A stretch of 35,007 bases of DNA from Candidatus Delongbacteria bacterium (GTDB taxonomy: Bacteria > UBA4055): the NCBI GenBank assembly GCA_016937995.1, contig JAFGVM010000083.1, positions 1 to 35,007 of the forward strand. Reading direction: 5' to 3'. The translations under genes were made by a program, and so were the position numbers. Under the pieces are notes generated by a model. That model made no database searches, had not been told where the DNA came from, and saw nothing but the letters and a program-made list of their open reading frames with translations. Shown here in pieces: positions 9,269-19,002 of this stretch (the stretch's first letter is position 1; each line of letters opens with the position of its first letter).

Positions 9269-9429
9269 ATTAATATTCCCTAAATGTTATGATCTGATAA
9301 TATATGTAAATTCAGCTAAAAATCAAATTTTATAATTTGATCTGTAAGATTTATATTTTGAATTTATGATTTTGCTTTTCTAAATTTACGGAATATTACA
9401 CAAATGTGAGCAGGCTTCAACCTCAGGAA

Positions 9430-9458
9430 TAAAAAAAGGGATGCATTAACGCATCCCC
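9430..9458 (-). terminator. Rho-independent terminator of the FecR-domain gene
   Basis: The minus strand reads GGGATGC-gttaat-GCATCCC followed by T7. Confidence 0.85.
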
Positions 9459-9460
9459 AA

Positions 9461-9482
9461 ACTGTTCACTGTTCACTTGTCA
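9461..9482. repeat. Short heptamer repeat ACTGTTC-ACTGTTC-ACTTGTC
   Basis: Lies between the stop codon and the terminator of the FecR-domain gene. Confidence 0.6.
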
Positions 9483-10280
9483 CTACTTCTTACTGTTCAT
9501 AAACTCCTGCCATTCACGCTCCAGCTGCTCAATATCAGTCTTGAACTTATTATACCTTCCATCGTATCTGACACTGATCACCTCACCTTTGACAATAGAT
9601 ATCCACTCGTTAAGAGTGACCTCATAAGGACCTGGAACCTCTTTCGGAGGACCTACCTCTTTTGGGGCCATACTGTTGGATTTCTTGGGAGGAATAATAT
9701 TATACTTTGTCTTGACCTGTTGTTCAAGATCGACATTCACCTGACCTTCTCTGACAGCAATATTAGTCATTTGACCATCTGAAGTCATTTTATACGAAGT
9801 GCCGACAACAGCAGCAACAGCGATAGGAGATTTAACTTTAAAATCCCTTGCGTTCTTATCAGATTTGTTAACATTAGTCCAGCTCTCCCCTTTCAGAAGA
9901 TTACCTACGTAAGCAATATTCGGTTTGTCTGTATATGATTCAAAAACATACTGAGATTTCTCACTGATCCTGATGGTCGAACCATCATTAAGAATGATCT
10001 CACACTTAGACTCCTCACCGGTAGTAAGAGTATCAAGTGCAAATATCTTATCCTCCTCATCACAGTCGACATATTCCTTGGCACCTGTATGTTTCACAGA
10101 CAGCTCACCAAGTCTAAAATCAACTGTACCGATACTGTTAAGAGCGATCTTTACAGTTGCAGATTTACCTGACTCAGAACCGGATCTGGTACTGATAGCA
10201 AGTTCTCCATTATCAACAGACATTCCTGTGGCATAAGCGAATATCACGTACAAAAATACAATAATAATAACTTTCTTCAT
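9483..10280 (-). CDS. Secreted FecR-domain protein
   Basis: Signal peptide; DTLTTGEESKCEIILNDGSTIRISEKS and FKVKSPIAVAAVVGT...VREGQVNV match the FecR beta-domain pattern; Pro-rich tail. Confidence 0.75.
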   Translation of the reverse strand: MKKVIIIVFLYVIFAYATGMSVDNGELAISTRSGSESGKSATVKIALNSIGTVDFRLGELSVKHTGAKEYVDCDEEDKIFALDTLTTGEESKCEIILNDGSTIRISEKSQYVFESYTDKPNIAYVGNLLKGESWTNVNKSDKNARDFKVKSPIAVAAVVGTSYKMTSDGQMTNIAVREGQVNVDLEQQVKTKYNIIPPKKSNSMAPKEVGPPKEVPGPYEVTLNEWISIVKGEVISVRYDGRYNKFKTDIEQLEREWQEFMNSKK

Positions 10281-10437
10281 AATCCCTCACTAGGATATTA
10301 TATGTTATTTCACACTCAATATATCACGTTGTAACATAATATAAATCCAAAACTGTTTAAAAACAAGTTATTCAAGAAGTTAAATCAATTTTAAGATAGA
10401 GCTTAGTTTGCATGAGTGACATTGGAAAAAATTTGTT

Positions 10438-11640
10438 CTACGACGATAAAGAGCGAAGTTTTTCAGCAGTTTTTTCAAGTATTACATTTGCAATATCTTC
10501 TTTACTCATAGATGGAAGCTCTTCAACAGAATCCTTCGAAACAAGGGTGACCTTATTTTTGCCTGAACCAAATGCAGGATTCTCTTTACTGATAGAATTC
10601 AATACGATAAGATCAGCATTTTTCGTTAATAATTTCTTTTTTGCATTCTCAACAGCATCGTTCGTCTCCATAGCAAAACCAATTATGACCTGCTTCTCTT
10701 TTCTCTGACCCATAGTAAGCAAGATATCCTTAGTATCCTTTGTGTTCAGTTCGAAACCTGAACCGGATTTCTTGATCTTATCATTTGACATGTAAAATGA
10801 AATATCCGCAACAGCAGCTGACATGATCAGACAGTCACAGAAGTCAAATTCCCTATCCACAGCAGTGAACATATCGTCCGCGGTTATAATATTTATCCTC
10901 TTAACTTTAGAAAAAGTCTCCTGATCTGTAGGACCGGTGATCAAAGTAACTTCAGCACCCATACAGGCAGCCTGCTCAGCAATTCTGAAACCCGTAATTC
11001 CCGATGATCTGTTTGTCAAATATCTGACCGGATCAAGTGATTCCTCTGTTCTGGAAGCAGTAACAATTATTTTTTTTCCTGCAAGCAAACTGCTTCTATC
11101 CAGATGGAACCTGGCTTCTCTAAATATCTGTTCAGGTTCTGCCATACGTCCCTTGCCTTCATAACCGCATGCAAGATCACCTGTATCAGGTTCAATGAAC
11201 TCAACTCCATTTGCAGCTAAAAATTCCATATTCCTCTGTACAGCTGGATTATCGTACATCTTTGTATTCATAGCTGGAGCTATCAGTATCTGTCTGTTAA
11301 AAGCCAATAGGGATGTTGAAAGAGCATCATCAGCAATTCCGTTCGCAAGTTTTCCGATAATATTTGCAGTAGCAGGGGCTACAACAAAAATATCACCCCA
11401 GTCCGTTATTGAAATGTGCTCATGAGGTTTATTGTTCCATTCTGCAAAAGTGTCAGAGTAAACATTATTATTAGAAAGGCTTCTGAGAGTGGTTTCACCA
11501 ACGAACTTAAGACCGTTCTCAGTAGTCACCACTTTAACTTCAGCACCTGCTTTAACAAAATACCTGATAAGATAACAACTCTTATAAGCGGCTATACCAC
11601 CTGTGATACCTATTAAAACTTTTTTACCTTTCATAATCAA
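10438..11640 (-). CDS. coaBC: Bifunctional phosphopantothenoylcysteine decarboxylase/ligase
   Basis: GITGGIAAYK, APATAN, APAMNTKM, LACGYEGKGRM, DPVRYLTNRSSG and GFAME; the start may be the ATG at 11634. Confidence 0.96.
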   Translation of the reverse strand: MIMKGKKVLIGITGGIAAYKSCYLIRYFVKAGAEVKVVTTENGLKFVGETTLRSLSNNNVYSDTFAEWNNKPHEHISITDWGDIFVVAPATANIIGKLANGIADDALSTSLLAFNRQILIAPAMNTKMYDNPAVQRNMEFLAANGVEFIEPDTGDLACGYEGKGRMAEPEQIFREARFHLDRSSLLAGKKIIVTASRTEESLDPVRYLTNRSSGITGFRIAEQAACMGAEVTLITGPTDQETFSKVKRINIITADDMFTAVDREFDFCDCLIMSAAVADISFYMSNDKIKKSGSGFELNTKDTKDILLTMGQRKEKQVIIGFAMETNDAVENAKKKLLTKNADLIVLNSISKENPAFGSGKNKVTLVSKDSVEELPSMSKEDIANVILEKTAEKLRSLSS

Positions 11641-11703
11641 CCCTGCTGTGTTTTATCGTTGTTGGTTTTCAGTTCGCAGCTGCGTGAACCATAGTGTTTA
11701 CTA

Positions 11704-11721
11704 GCCACTGCCACTGCCACC
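11704..11721. repeat. Hexamer tandem repeat GCCACT-GCCACT-GCCACC
   Basis: Read directly in the rpoZ-coaBC spacer. Confidence 0.55.
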
Positions 11722-11755
11722 TTACAACTTGAAAGATATTGAATAATCAGACCGA

Positions 11756-12073
11756 TTATTCAATATCTTTCATTGCTTCATACTCAAATTCCAGCTTATC
11801 ATTCAACATCTCATCGATACTGACCCTGATAGCTTTAGGAAAAACAGGAAGGTCCTCTTCAGCTGAATCTGAGAAATAATCTCTAGTATATTCACTTTCA
11901 GATCTTTCATCCATCAATTCATTTCTCAATTTTTCGAACTCTTCATTGTTCGCTTTTTCGATCTGTCTGATCCTTTTACCAAGAACCATTATGGTCTCGT
12001 AGATATTGTCAGATTTCTCCTCCAGCTGTTCCTGGCTGATCTTTCTATCGTCCTTGTCATAGATTTTTTCCAT
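11756..12073 (-). CDS. rpoZ: RNA polymerase omega subunit (long FCB-type)
   Basis: NIYETIMVLGKRIRQI and PKAIRVSIDEMLNDKL motifs; gmk-rpoZ-coaBC synteny. Confidence 0.8.
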   Translation of the reverse strand: MEKIYDKDDRKISQEQLEEKSDNIYETIMVLGKRIRQIEKANNEEFEKLRNELMDERSESEYTRDYFSDSAEEDLPVFPKAIRVSIDEMLNDKLEFEYEAMKDIE

Positions 12074-12084
12074 GGATCTTCTCC

Positions 12085-12651
12085 TTATTTTATCTTTAAT
12101 TTTTTAAATATTTTCAGGATCTCCTCTACTGCATCATCAATTCTCTCATTTTTGACCTTATATTCGTAATGATCTATCTGATCAAGTTCTTTCTGTGCAT
12201 ATTTTAGTCTTTTCTCAATAATTTCCGGACTGTCTGTTCCTCTTATCTCCAGTCTTTTTCTCAGATCACCGATCGACGGAGGATAAATGAATATCATAAC
12301 AGAGTCAAGAGGATATTCTTTCTTAATTTCCAAAGCACCCTGAACGTCCACATCAAATATTATATTTTTACCTTCCTTCAATGACCGGTCGACATAACTT
12401 TTTAGCGTTCCGTAATAATTTTCGTAAACATTCTTATATTCAACGAATTCTCCGGCCTTTATCTTTGACTGAAAATCTTCTTTTGTAAGAAAGAAATATT
12501 CAACTCCGTTCTGCTCTTTTCCTCGAGGTTCTCTTGTTGTGGCTGAAATTGAAAATTCCAACTGACTGATCTTTTTTCTCAATTCAGTGATAATGGTGGT
12601 CTTTCCTGTTCCCGAAGGAGCGGAAAATATTAGTAATTTACCTTTACTCAA
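12085..12651 (-). CDS. gmk: Guanylate kinase
   Basis: SAPSGTGKTT P-loop, SATTREPR, YYGT and DVDVQGA. Confidence 0.97.
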   Translation of the reverse strand: MSKGKLLIFSAPSGTGKTTIITELRKKISQLEFSISATTREPRGKEQNGVEYFFLTKEDFQSKIKAGEFVEYKNVYENYYGTLKSYVDRSLKEGKNIIFDVDVQGALEIKKEYPLDSVMIFIYPPSIGDLRKRLEIRGTDSPEIIEKRLKYAQKELDQIDHYEYKVKNERIDDAVEEILKIFKKLKIK

Positions 12652-13522
12652 CGTTCTGAACCTGCTCTCTTATATTTTCTATCACTTCTTTCAGTTTAAC
12701 TGATATATGTGAAATCTCTGTAAGATTTGTTTTAGCTGAAGTTGTACTTGCCTCCCTGTGCATCTCCTGAACGATATTGTTAAGTATTTTACCTAACGGT
12801 TTATCAGAATCCATTGTATTTTTGAAGAGCTCCACATGAGCTCTCAATCTTGTTATCTCCTCGGTAATATCCACTTTATCACTGATAAGGACAAGTTCGT
12901 GTTCAAGTCTCTCTTTGTTTATCGAGTTAACATCAACGAATTTATCGACTCTTTCTTTCAGTTTTTCATATTGGATCTTAACCGCTTCTTTGGAATGTTT
13001 CTCAACTTCATCTACAAATTGACCCAGTTCAAATAACCTTACATCAAAATCATTTTTTAATTCCTCTCCCTCATGGTCTCTGTATTTATTTACATCATCG
13101 ATCGCATCTTTCAAAGCTTCCATTACAGCTTTTATCGTCTCTTCGTCACCTTCAGTTTTCTGATTCTGCTCGAAGATATCATTGAACTTCAACAGAATAT
13201 CAAGAGTAACTTCACCATCAATATTCAATTTCTGCTTAAGCCCATTCAGCATTTCAACGTACATCCGGGCAACACTCTCATCAATAGATCTGATATTCTG
13301 AACACCGGGCTTTTTGGTCAGATTAACAAAAACTGTAACACTGCCTCTTGCAATTCCTGATTTGATAATATCTCTTAACTGCATTTCTATACCTGCTAAA
13401 AATGCCGGAAGTCTGAAATTAAGGTCTAAAAATCTGTGATTAACACTTTTTATCTCCACCTGAATATCATATAATTCCGTTTGTGCTGAACCTTTGCCGT
13501 ATCCTGTCATTGATCTTATCAA
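12644..13522 (-). CDS. yicC: YicC/YloC family endoribonuclease
   Basis: SMTGYG, EIKSVNHRFLD, DITEEITRL, QEMHRE and IREQVQNVE; start moved to the TTG at 13522, which has GGAG upstream. Confidence 0.93.
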   Translation of the reverse strand: MIRSMTGYGKGSAQTELYDIQVEIKSVNHRFLDLNFRLPAFLAGIEMQLRDIIKSGIARGSVTVFVNLTKKPGVQNIRSIDESVARMYVEMLNGLKQKLNIDGEVTLDILLKFNDIFEQNQKTEGDEETIKAVMEALKDAIDDVNKYRDHEGEELKNDFDVRLFELGQFVDEVEKHSKEAVKIQYEKLKERVDKFVDVNSINKERLEHELVLISDKVDITEEITRLRAHVELFKNTMDSDKPLGKILNNIVQEMHREASTTSAKTNLTEISHISVKLKEVIENIREQVQNVE

Positions 13523-13563
13523 ATTATGTCTCCGTTTTTGCAAGTTATTTTATTGTTTGTTTT

Positions 13564-14121
13564 TTAGTCAACATCCTTCTCGTTTATCACTGCTTTCCCG
13601 CGGGGATTTTTCACTTCGTAGGATTCAAATTTATCATCAGTAGTGAATCCATTACCATATAACGTATCTTTTTCATTTTTTATCATCATCACAGGTGAAT
13701 CTGTTGTAATCACTGCCTCTTTTCTAAGCCATGTAAGCGTGTCTGTGTACAGAACATAACCTGTAGTTGATTTAAATACAACGTTATCAATCGCTTTGAA
13801 GATACCTTTGAAGTCATTAACTGCTCCTCTTTCACTCACAAGTTCACCGGTCTGCTTCTCTTTCTCAAAAAAAAGCAATGTCATACCGGAGTCTATCTTA
13901 CTTTCTGAATATTTTGAATTCCCGATATTATCCTTTTCAACGACTCCGCCTTTGAATTTTGCCTTAATAACCCCTGAGTTAGTAATAACAACATCCATAT
14001 CCCATATCTTGTTCTCAGGTAGATTACCTATTTTAGATCCGGAATTTGACTGCTGATCATCCGGCCGGTTAGAACATGAAATGAACAGGATCAGAAGTGT
14101 TAGTGAGATAATTTTAGTCAA
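13564..14121 (-). CDS. lptC: LPS export protein LptC (lipoprotein-like signal)
   Basis: FISC lipobox-like signal; beta-jellyroll motifs LYTDTLTW, ITTDSPV and LYGNGF; overlaps kdsC. Confidence 0.8.
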   Translation of the reverse strand: MTKIISLTLLILFISCSNRPDDQQSNSGSKIGNLPENKIWDMDVVITNSGVIKAKFKGGVVEKDNIGNSKYSESKIDSGMTLLFFEKEKQTGELVSERGAVNDFKGIFKAIDNVVFKSTTGYVLYTDTLTWLRKEAVITTDSPVMMIKNEKDTLYGNGFTTDDKFESYEVKNPRGKAVINEKDVD

Positions 14122-14623
14122 GGTATCTATCCTTCACTGTATCAAGTTTATTATCACGCTTGAGGATGTAATAAATAAATTCCCTTACAGCACCCTTACC
14201 ACCTACAGCTTTTGTTACAAAATCCACCCTTTTTAATATCTCAGGGTCCGCATCAGAAGGAGCAGCCTTCAATCCGGCATGTTGCATTGCTGACCAGTCG
14301 AACCAGTCATCCCCAATATAAGCGATCTCTTCATCTTCCAGGTCCATACTGTTTTTGATCTCGTAATAAGCTGATTCTTTGTCAACATGACCAGCATATA
14401 TTTTATCAATTCCCAGAACTTCCGCTCTTGTTCTCACGATCTCTCCAAATCCTCCAGTTATGATCGCAAAGTCTAGACCTGCTTCCGGGCCTACATGTTT
14501 AATAAAAAAACCGTCCCTTACGCAAAAAAGTTTTATAGATTCACCTGTTGAGCTGTAGAAAACTGTTCCGTTTGTCAGAACGCCGTCAACATCCATTATT
14601 ATCAATTTAATTTTTTTAGCCAT
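14114..14623 (-). CDS. kdsC: KDO 8-phosphate phosphatase (HAD family)
   Basis: MDVDGVLTNG, AIITG, YIGDDWFD and GGKGAVRE. Confidence 0.93.
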   Translation of the reverse strand: MAKKIKLIIMDVDGVLTNGTVFYSSTGESIKLFCVRDGFFIKHVGPEAGLDFAIITGGFGEIVRTRAEVLGIDKIYAGHVDKESAYYEIKNSMDLEDEEIAYIGDDWFDWSAMQHAGLKAAPSDADPEILKRVDFVTKAVGGKGAVREFIYYILKRDNKLDTVKDRYLD

Positions 14624-14628
14624 TTTTC

Positions 14629-15450
14629 CTACTTTATCACATTATTGATTGCCAAACACTTCTGGAGTACATTTTCAAGCTCATCCAGTTTCAACATTGA
14701 CCGGCCGTCTGAAAGAGCTTTAGAAGGGTCTGTATGGGTTTCAATGAAAAGTCCGTCGATCACTCCTGTTGCAACAGCTGCACAAGCCATTTGTGAAACA
14801 TATTCCGGTTGACCACCAGAAACTTTTCCCTCTCCTGCTGGTCTCTGCAAAGAATGAGTGACGTCATATATCACCGGATAACCAGTTTTATTCATTTCCA
14901 TGAAATTTCGAAAATCCACTATAAGATTATTATAACCGAAAGTTGTTCCCCTTTCAGTAAGCATGATCTTATCATTTCCGGTTGATCTGACTTTTTCTGC
15001 TGCTAATCTCATCTCATTTGCAGACCCGAATTGACCTTTTTTTATATTTACTATCCTACCTGTAGTACCTGCACTGACTAAAAGATCAGTCTGCCTGAAT
15101 AAAAAAGCAGGTATCTGTAATATATCAACGATCTCTGCAGCGATCTTAGCCTCAGACGGAACATGAATATCTGTTAATAAAGGTAATTCCAGATCATGCT
15201 TGACTTTATTGAGTATCGCAAGACCTTTTTCAATACCCGGACCATTGAAAGAATCAATACTGGACCTGTTAGCTTTAGAGTAGGAACTTTTAAATATCAG
15301 ATCTATATTCAATTTCTCTGAAATTTTCTTCAGCTTTTCAGCGATCAACATAACGCTTCTTTCTGATTCGATCACACACGGACCGGCTATTAAAAAGAAA
15401 TTGTGTGTCTCATTAGAGAATATATTTTTCAAATTCAAGGTGCTGTTCAT
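14629..15450 (-). CDS. kdsA: KDO 8-phosphate synthase
   Basis: IAGPCVIES, KANRSS, QIPAFLFRQTDL, NIKKGQF, ERGTTFGY and DVTHSLQ. Confidence 0.97.
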   Translation of the reverse strand: MNSTLNLKNIFSNETHNFFLIAGPCVIESERSVMLIAEKLKKISEKLNIDLIFKSSYSKANRSSIDSFNGPGIEKGLAILNKVKHDLELPLLTDIHVPSEAKIAAEIVDILQIPAFLFRQTDLLVSAGTTGRIVNIKKGQFGSANEMRLAAEKVRSTGNDKIMLTERGTTFGYNNLIVDFRNFMEMNKTGYPVIYDVTHSLQRPAGEGKVSGGQPEYVSQMACAAVATGVIDGLFIETHTDPSKALSDGRSMLKLDELENVLQKCLAINNVIK

Positions 15451-15491
15451 TTTATACCCTTATCTATTATACCTACGTATCAAGGATTGAG

Positions 15492-15520
15492 AAAATAACT
15501 AATTTTTGCTAATAAAACAA
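15492..15520 (-). promoter_or_regulatory. Putative promoter of the kdsA operon
   Basis: TTGTTT-N17-TATTTT on the minus strand. Confidence 0.4.
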
Positions 15521-15593
15521 GTAGAAAAAACAAACTAAAAACTTAATAACTTTTTAATATGATTATAAATCGTGACCAATTAATTTATATCCC

Positions 15594-15622
15594 TTGCCAG
15601 AAATATGTTTTATTCGTATTTT
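15594..15622 (+). promoter_or_regulatory. Putative promoter of rluD
   Basis: TTGCCA-N17-TATTTT. Confidence 0.5.
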
Positions 15623-15665
15623 TCGCCATAATTGTGACTTACTGAAATATATAACGGTCTATTGA

Positions 15666-16661
15666 ATGGATATTGAAGAACTTAAAAATATTGAAACTCT
15701 TGAAATAAAGGTAGCACCAAATCAATCCAAACAGAGAATTGATAAATTTTTATTTTCAAATATCAAGAGGATAAGCAGGAACAAGATACAGAATCTAATT
15801 GACTCAGGAAATATTCTTGTAAACGGTAAAGAGATCAAATCCAATTACAGTGTCCTTCCCAATGATGATATCGTTGTTAATATCCCCAGACCTGAGAAGT
15901 ACGAGATCTTACCTGAAGATATAAAAATAGATTTTGTTTACGAAGATGAATATTTAGCTGTTATAAATAAGCAGATGGGACTTGTCGTTCATCCGACATA
16001 TTCTGTAACGGGAGGAACACTTGTAAACGCCCTTATGTTCCATTTCAAAGACCAGCTGTCGTCAGTTAACGGTAAAGAGCGACCGGGGATCGTTCACCGT
16101 CTTGACAAGGATACAACAGGCCTGATGGTAGTTGCGAAAAATGACCTGGTCCATCAGCCTTTAGCTGAACAGTTCGCAAGTAAAACAGCCGGAAGAGAGT
16201 ACATTGGTATATGTATAGGAAAATTCAGTGAAAAATCCGGTCGGATCGAAACATTGCTTACACGTTGGCAAAGAGACAGAAAGGTAATGATAGTATCTGA
16301 GTTTGAAGGAAAAAGAGCAGCTACAAATTATGAGGTTATAGAAGAGTTCAACAGGTTCACACTTGTTAAATTTGTACTAGAAACAGGCAGGACTCATCAG
16401 ATAAGAGCTCACATGAAGCATATAAACAGACCTTTGTTCGGTGATCCTTTCTACGGTGGCACCAACTTAAAAATGATCGATCTTCCAAGAAATCAAATGA
16501 AAAGATTATCACATATGCTTGATATACTTCCTAGACAGGCATTACATGCAAGAAAATTGGAATTTTTTCATCCGGTATTAAAAAAACATATGTCATTTGA
16601 AGCGGAAATTCCCGAAGATATAAACAAAGTACTGGAACTGATCAGAAAATACGAGTATTAA
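15666..16661 (+). CDS. rluD: RluA-family 23S rRNA pseudouridine synthase with S4 domain
   Basis: N-terminal S4 domain (RIDKFL); RPGIVHRLDKDTTG, ETGRTHQIRAH and RQALHA. Confidence 0.92.
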   Translation: MDIEELKNIETLEIKVAPNQSKQRIDKFLFSNIKRISRNKIQNLIDSGNILVNGKEIKSNYSVLPNDDIVVNIPRPEKYEILPEDIKIDFVYEDEYLAVINKQMGLVVHPTYSVTGGTLVNALMFHFKDQLSSVNGKERPGIVHRLDKDTTGLMVVAKNDLVHQPLAEQFASKTAGREYIGICIGKFSEKSGRIETLLTRWQRDRKVMIVSEFEGKRAATNYEVIEEFNRFTLVKFVLETGRTHQIRAHMKHINRPLFGDPFYGGTNLKMIDLPRNQMKRLSHMLDILPRQALHARKLEFFHPVLKKHMSFEAEIPEDINKVLELIRKYEY

Positions 16662-16688
16662 CACTGTCATTTGTTAAAAAAAAATTTC

Positions 16689-16717
16689 TTGCTAAATATT
16701 TCAGTAAACAATATATT
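16689..16717 (+). promoter_or_regulatory. Putative promoter of the TPR gene and ribF cluster
   Basis: TTGCTA-N17-TATATT. Confidence 0.5.
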
Positions 16718-16766
16718 AATTGCTCGAATTAAGTCGTAGCTGAATTGAAAAATTTGGATAGTTAAA

Positions 16767-18965
16767 ATGCATAGAACTTTACTTAAAACAACCCTGCTAA
16801 TCACGATCATATTTTCAATATTATCAGTGTATAACCCTGTATTTGCAAAAGAGATCGTAGATGAATTCAATCATTCTTACGAAAGTGATCCGGGTGATCC
16901 TGCATTGGTTAAATTTGTACGTATCAGGGGTAAGAAAGTTCCTATCTATGACGACATCACCAATCGTGAGATAATTCAATATTTAGATCATAAACAATTC
17001 GTGCAGTTTATAGAAAAAAGTGGTAAATACTGTAAAGTAAGGGTTTTTCATCCTGATGGTAATTATGAGGGCTGGATCAACAAGTTCAAGGTATTTAACA
17101 CTAACGGTCTTATAAAATTCTTTTTCGGGAAACCATTTCTGATGATAAGTGATGAGAAAGAAATTGACCCTGCGGATGTTGAATTCGAAGTAAATAAAAC
17201 ATCTTGGGTAATAAAAGATAAGTCCCAGCTCCTTGAATTACCTAAGATCGACAGTTCTGTTAAATTCGACATCTATTTTGGCAAAGAACTGTTTGTCAAA
17301 AAGCAAAAAGGAGACTATTATCTCGTCGAGATCCCGAATACCATTAAAGAAGAAACTATCACAGGATGGGTAAGGGTCGCAGATGTGGGCAACAAGGAAT
17401 TCTATTTTGAAAAATATGATAGATCAATGGCTGAATTTACCCGTGAGAATAATTCTCTCTCAACTGAGATATCAGAATTGGAAAAATACATAGTTGAACT
17501 TAATGAAGAAATGGAAGATCTTGAAAATGAGCATCAGATGCTGATCTTTCAAAAAGAGGCAAATGAAAAAATACTTGCAAATTCTATAGCTAAAAGAAAG
17601 AATTTTTTGATCGAAGAAAAGAAAATAGCCGAACAGATAGAAGAGCTGGTTAAGAATTCAAAAAGTGAATTGGCTGATCTCAGGACAAAAAACTTAAAAC
17701 TTGATAAAGAAATTGAGAACGTCACCAATGACCTGTTTCAATTGAACGCTGAATACATAACTATGGGTAAAATGCTCGATCAGTGTAAAAATGAATTACC
17801 TTCAATACTACCAAAACTTAAAGAAGCATATGAACAGAAAAAGGTCTATTACTTAGCTAACAAAGAGGAAATTGATAAAAAACTTGCTGAAGAAGCTCAA
17901 TTTGCTAAGGAGAAACTTGAAAGAGAGAGACAGGAAAAAGAAAAGAAAAAAGAACCAGAAAAAGATACTGATCAGGAACACTTAGAATGTCAGGAGTTCG
18001 AAAAACTATATAAAGATAAGATCGCGGAGTTTGAAAAAGTGAAGGATGAAATGTCTAAAGGTGATATTTCAAAAAGTAGATATGAAGAACTTTATGAGCA
18101 GTATACTCAATTATGGAATGAGGCTAGTCAGTGTAAGAAAAATCTCAAGGAATGTGAGTTTAATCTCAATTCAAAACATAAATCTTTATACAATGAGGCT
18201 ATTGCTCTAAAAAAAGAAGATGAACTGGAGGATGCTCTTACAATACTGTTGGAAGCTGTTGAATTAAAAGATGATTTTGAGGAAGCTTATTTCCAGATAG
18301 TTCTGATCCTTATTGATCTTGACGAGGATACTCAGATAGACCAGTACTTAAATAGGATTTCTGATGAGGAGATGAGAGGAAAACTGATCAATCGTAGAGC
18401 TGGAAACATCAGGAACAATGATCCTCAGAGAGCGATCAAATACTATCAGGAAATGGCAAATTATTACAAACCTGAACTGGCTTATTACTATATCGGTCTT
18501 ATCTATATCGAAAAATACTCTGACCAGAAAAATGCTATTAAATACTTTAAAAAATCATTGGCCAAAGACCCTAAAGATCCAAAAGTCTACGAAGCTTTAG
18601 GCGCTGCTGTAATGGAGACAAAAGCCCCGAAAGGTCAATCAAAAAATGATATAATTGAAGAAGCAATTGATTACTTTGAAAAAGGAATTAAGTACGGTGA
18701 TGATTACAAAAATCTACATATTCTGTGTGCTCGTACAGCTCAGGCCTATAACGAACTTGGAAAATACAAGAGCGCTCTCAAATTTGCAGATATGTCAATA
18801 GAAAATGCAAATAACGATGATAACCCGACAGGTTTTCTTGAAAAAGGTAAAGCATTACTAAAAATAGGTAACAAGAAAGAAGCTGAAAAATATTTGAATA
18901 AAGCTAAAAATGATCTATTGACCAAAGATCAGGCGATTTTCTGGCTGAAAGAACTCAATAAATAG
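16767..18965 (+). CDS. Exported protein with two SH3b-like domains, a long coiled coil and C-terminal TPR repeats
   Basis: Signal peptide ending VFA; YCKVR...EGWINK and YYLVE...TGWVRV SH3b-like motifs; E/K/L heptad region; TPR units AYYYIGLIY...AIKYFKKSLAKDPKDPKVYEALG. Confidence 0.7.
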   Translation: MHRTLLKTTLLITIIFSILSVYNPVFAKEIVDEFNHSYESDPGDPALVKFVRIRGKKVPIYDDITNREIIQYLDHKQFVQFIEKSGKYCKVRVFHPDGNYEGWINKFKVFNTNGLIKFFFGKPFLMISDEKEIDPADVEFEVNKTSWVIKDKSQLLELPKIDSSVKFDIYFGKELFVKKQKGDYYLVEIPNTIKEETITGWVRVADVGNKEFYFEKYDRSMAEFTRENNSLSTEISELEKYIVELNEEMEDLENEHQMLIFQKEANEKILANSIAKRKNFLIEEKKIAEQIEELVKNSKSELADLRTKNLKLDKEIENVTNDLFQLNAEYITMGKMLDQCKNELPSILPKLKEAYEQKKVYYLANKEEIDKKLAEEAQFAKEKLERERQEKEKKKEPEKDTDQEHLECQEFEKLYKDKIAEFEKVKDEMSKGDISKSRYEELYEQYTQLWNEASQCKKNLKECEFNLNSKHKSLYNEAIALKKEDELEDALTILLEAVELKDDFEEAYFQIVLILIDLDEDTQIDQYLNRISDEEMRGKLINRRAGNIRNNDPQRAIKYYQEMANYYKPELAYYYIGLIYIEKYSDQKNAIKYFKKSLAKDPKDPKVYEALGAAVMETKAPKGQSKNDIIEEAIDYFEKGIKYGDDYKNLHILCARTAQAYNELGKYKSALKFADMSIENANNDDNPTGFLEKGKALLKIGNKKEAEKYLNKAKNDLLTKDQAIFWLKELNK

Positions 18966-19002
18966 ATTAGTTCTTACGTATTTTGATTCTGTTTCTACAA
19001 GT

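Noticed and set aside
9330-9425. Possible further degenerate heptamer tract and REP remnant (GAGCAGGCTTCAACCTC)
   Set aside because: Too degenerate to separate from AT-rich background by eye.
11672-11689. Imperfect palindrome GTTCGCAGCTGCGTGAAC in the rpoZ-coaBC spacer
   Set aside because: Short, bulged, without a U-tract and single-copy in this window.
10438-15450. kdsA-kdsC-lptC lacking kdsD/lptA/lptB and joined to yicC-gmk-rpoZ-coaBC
   Set aside because: Rearranged housekeeping clusters are common, and the missing genes are probably elsewhere in the genome.
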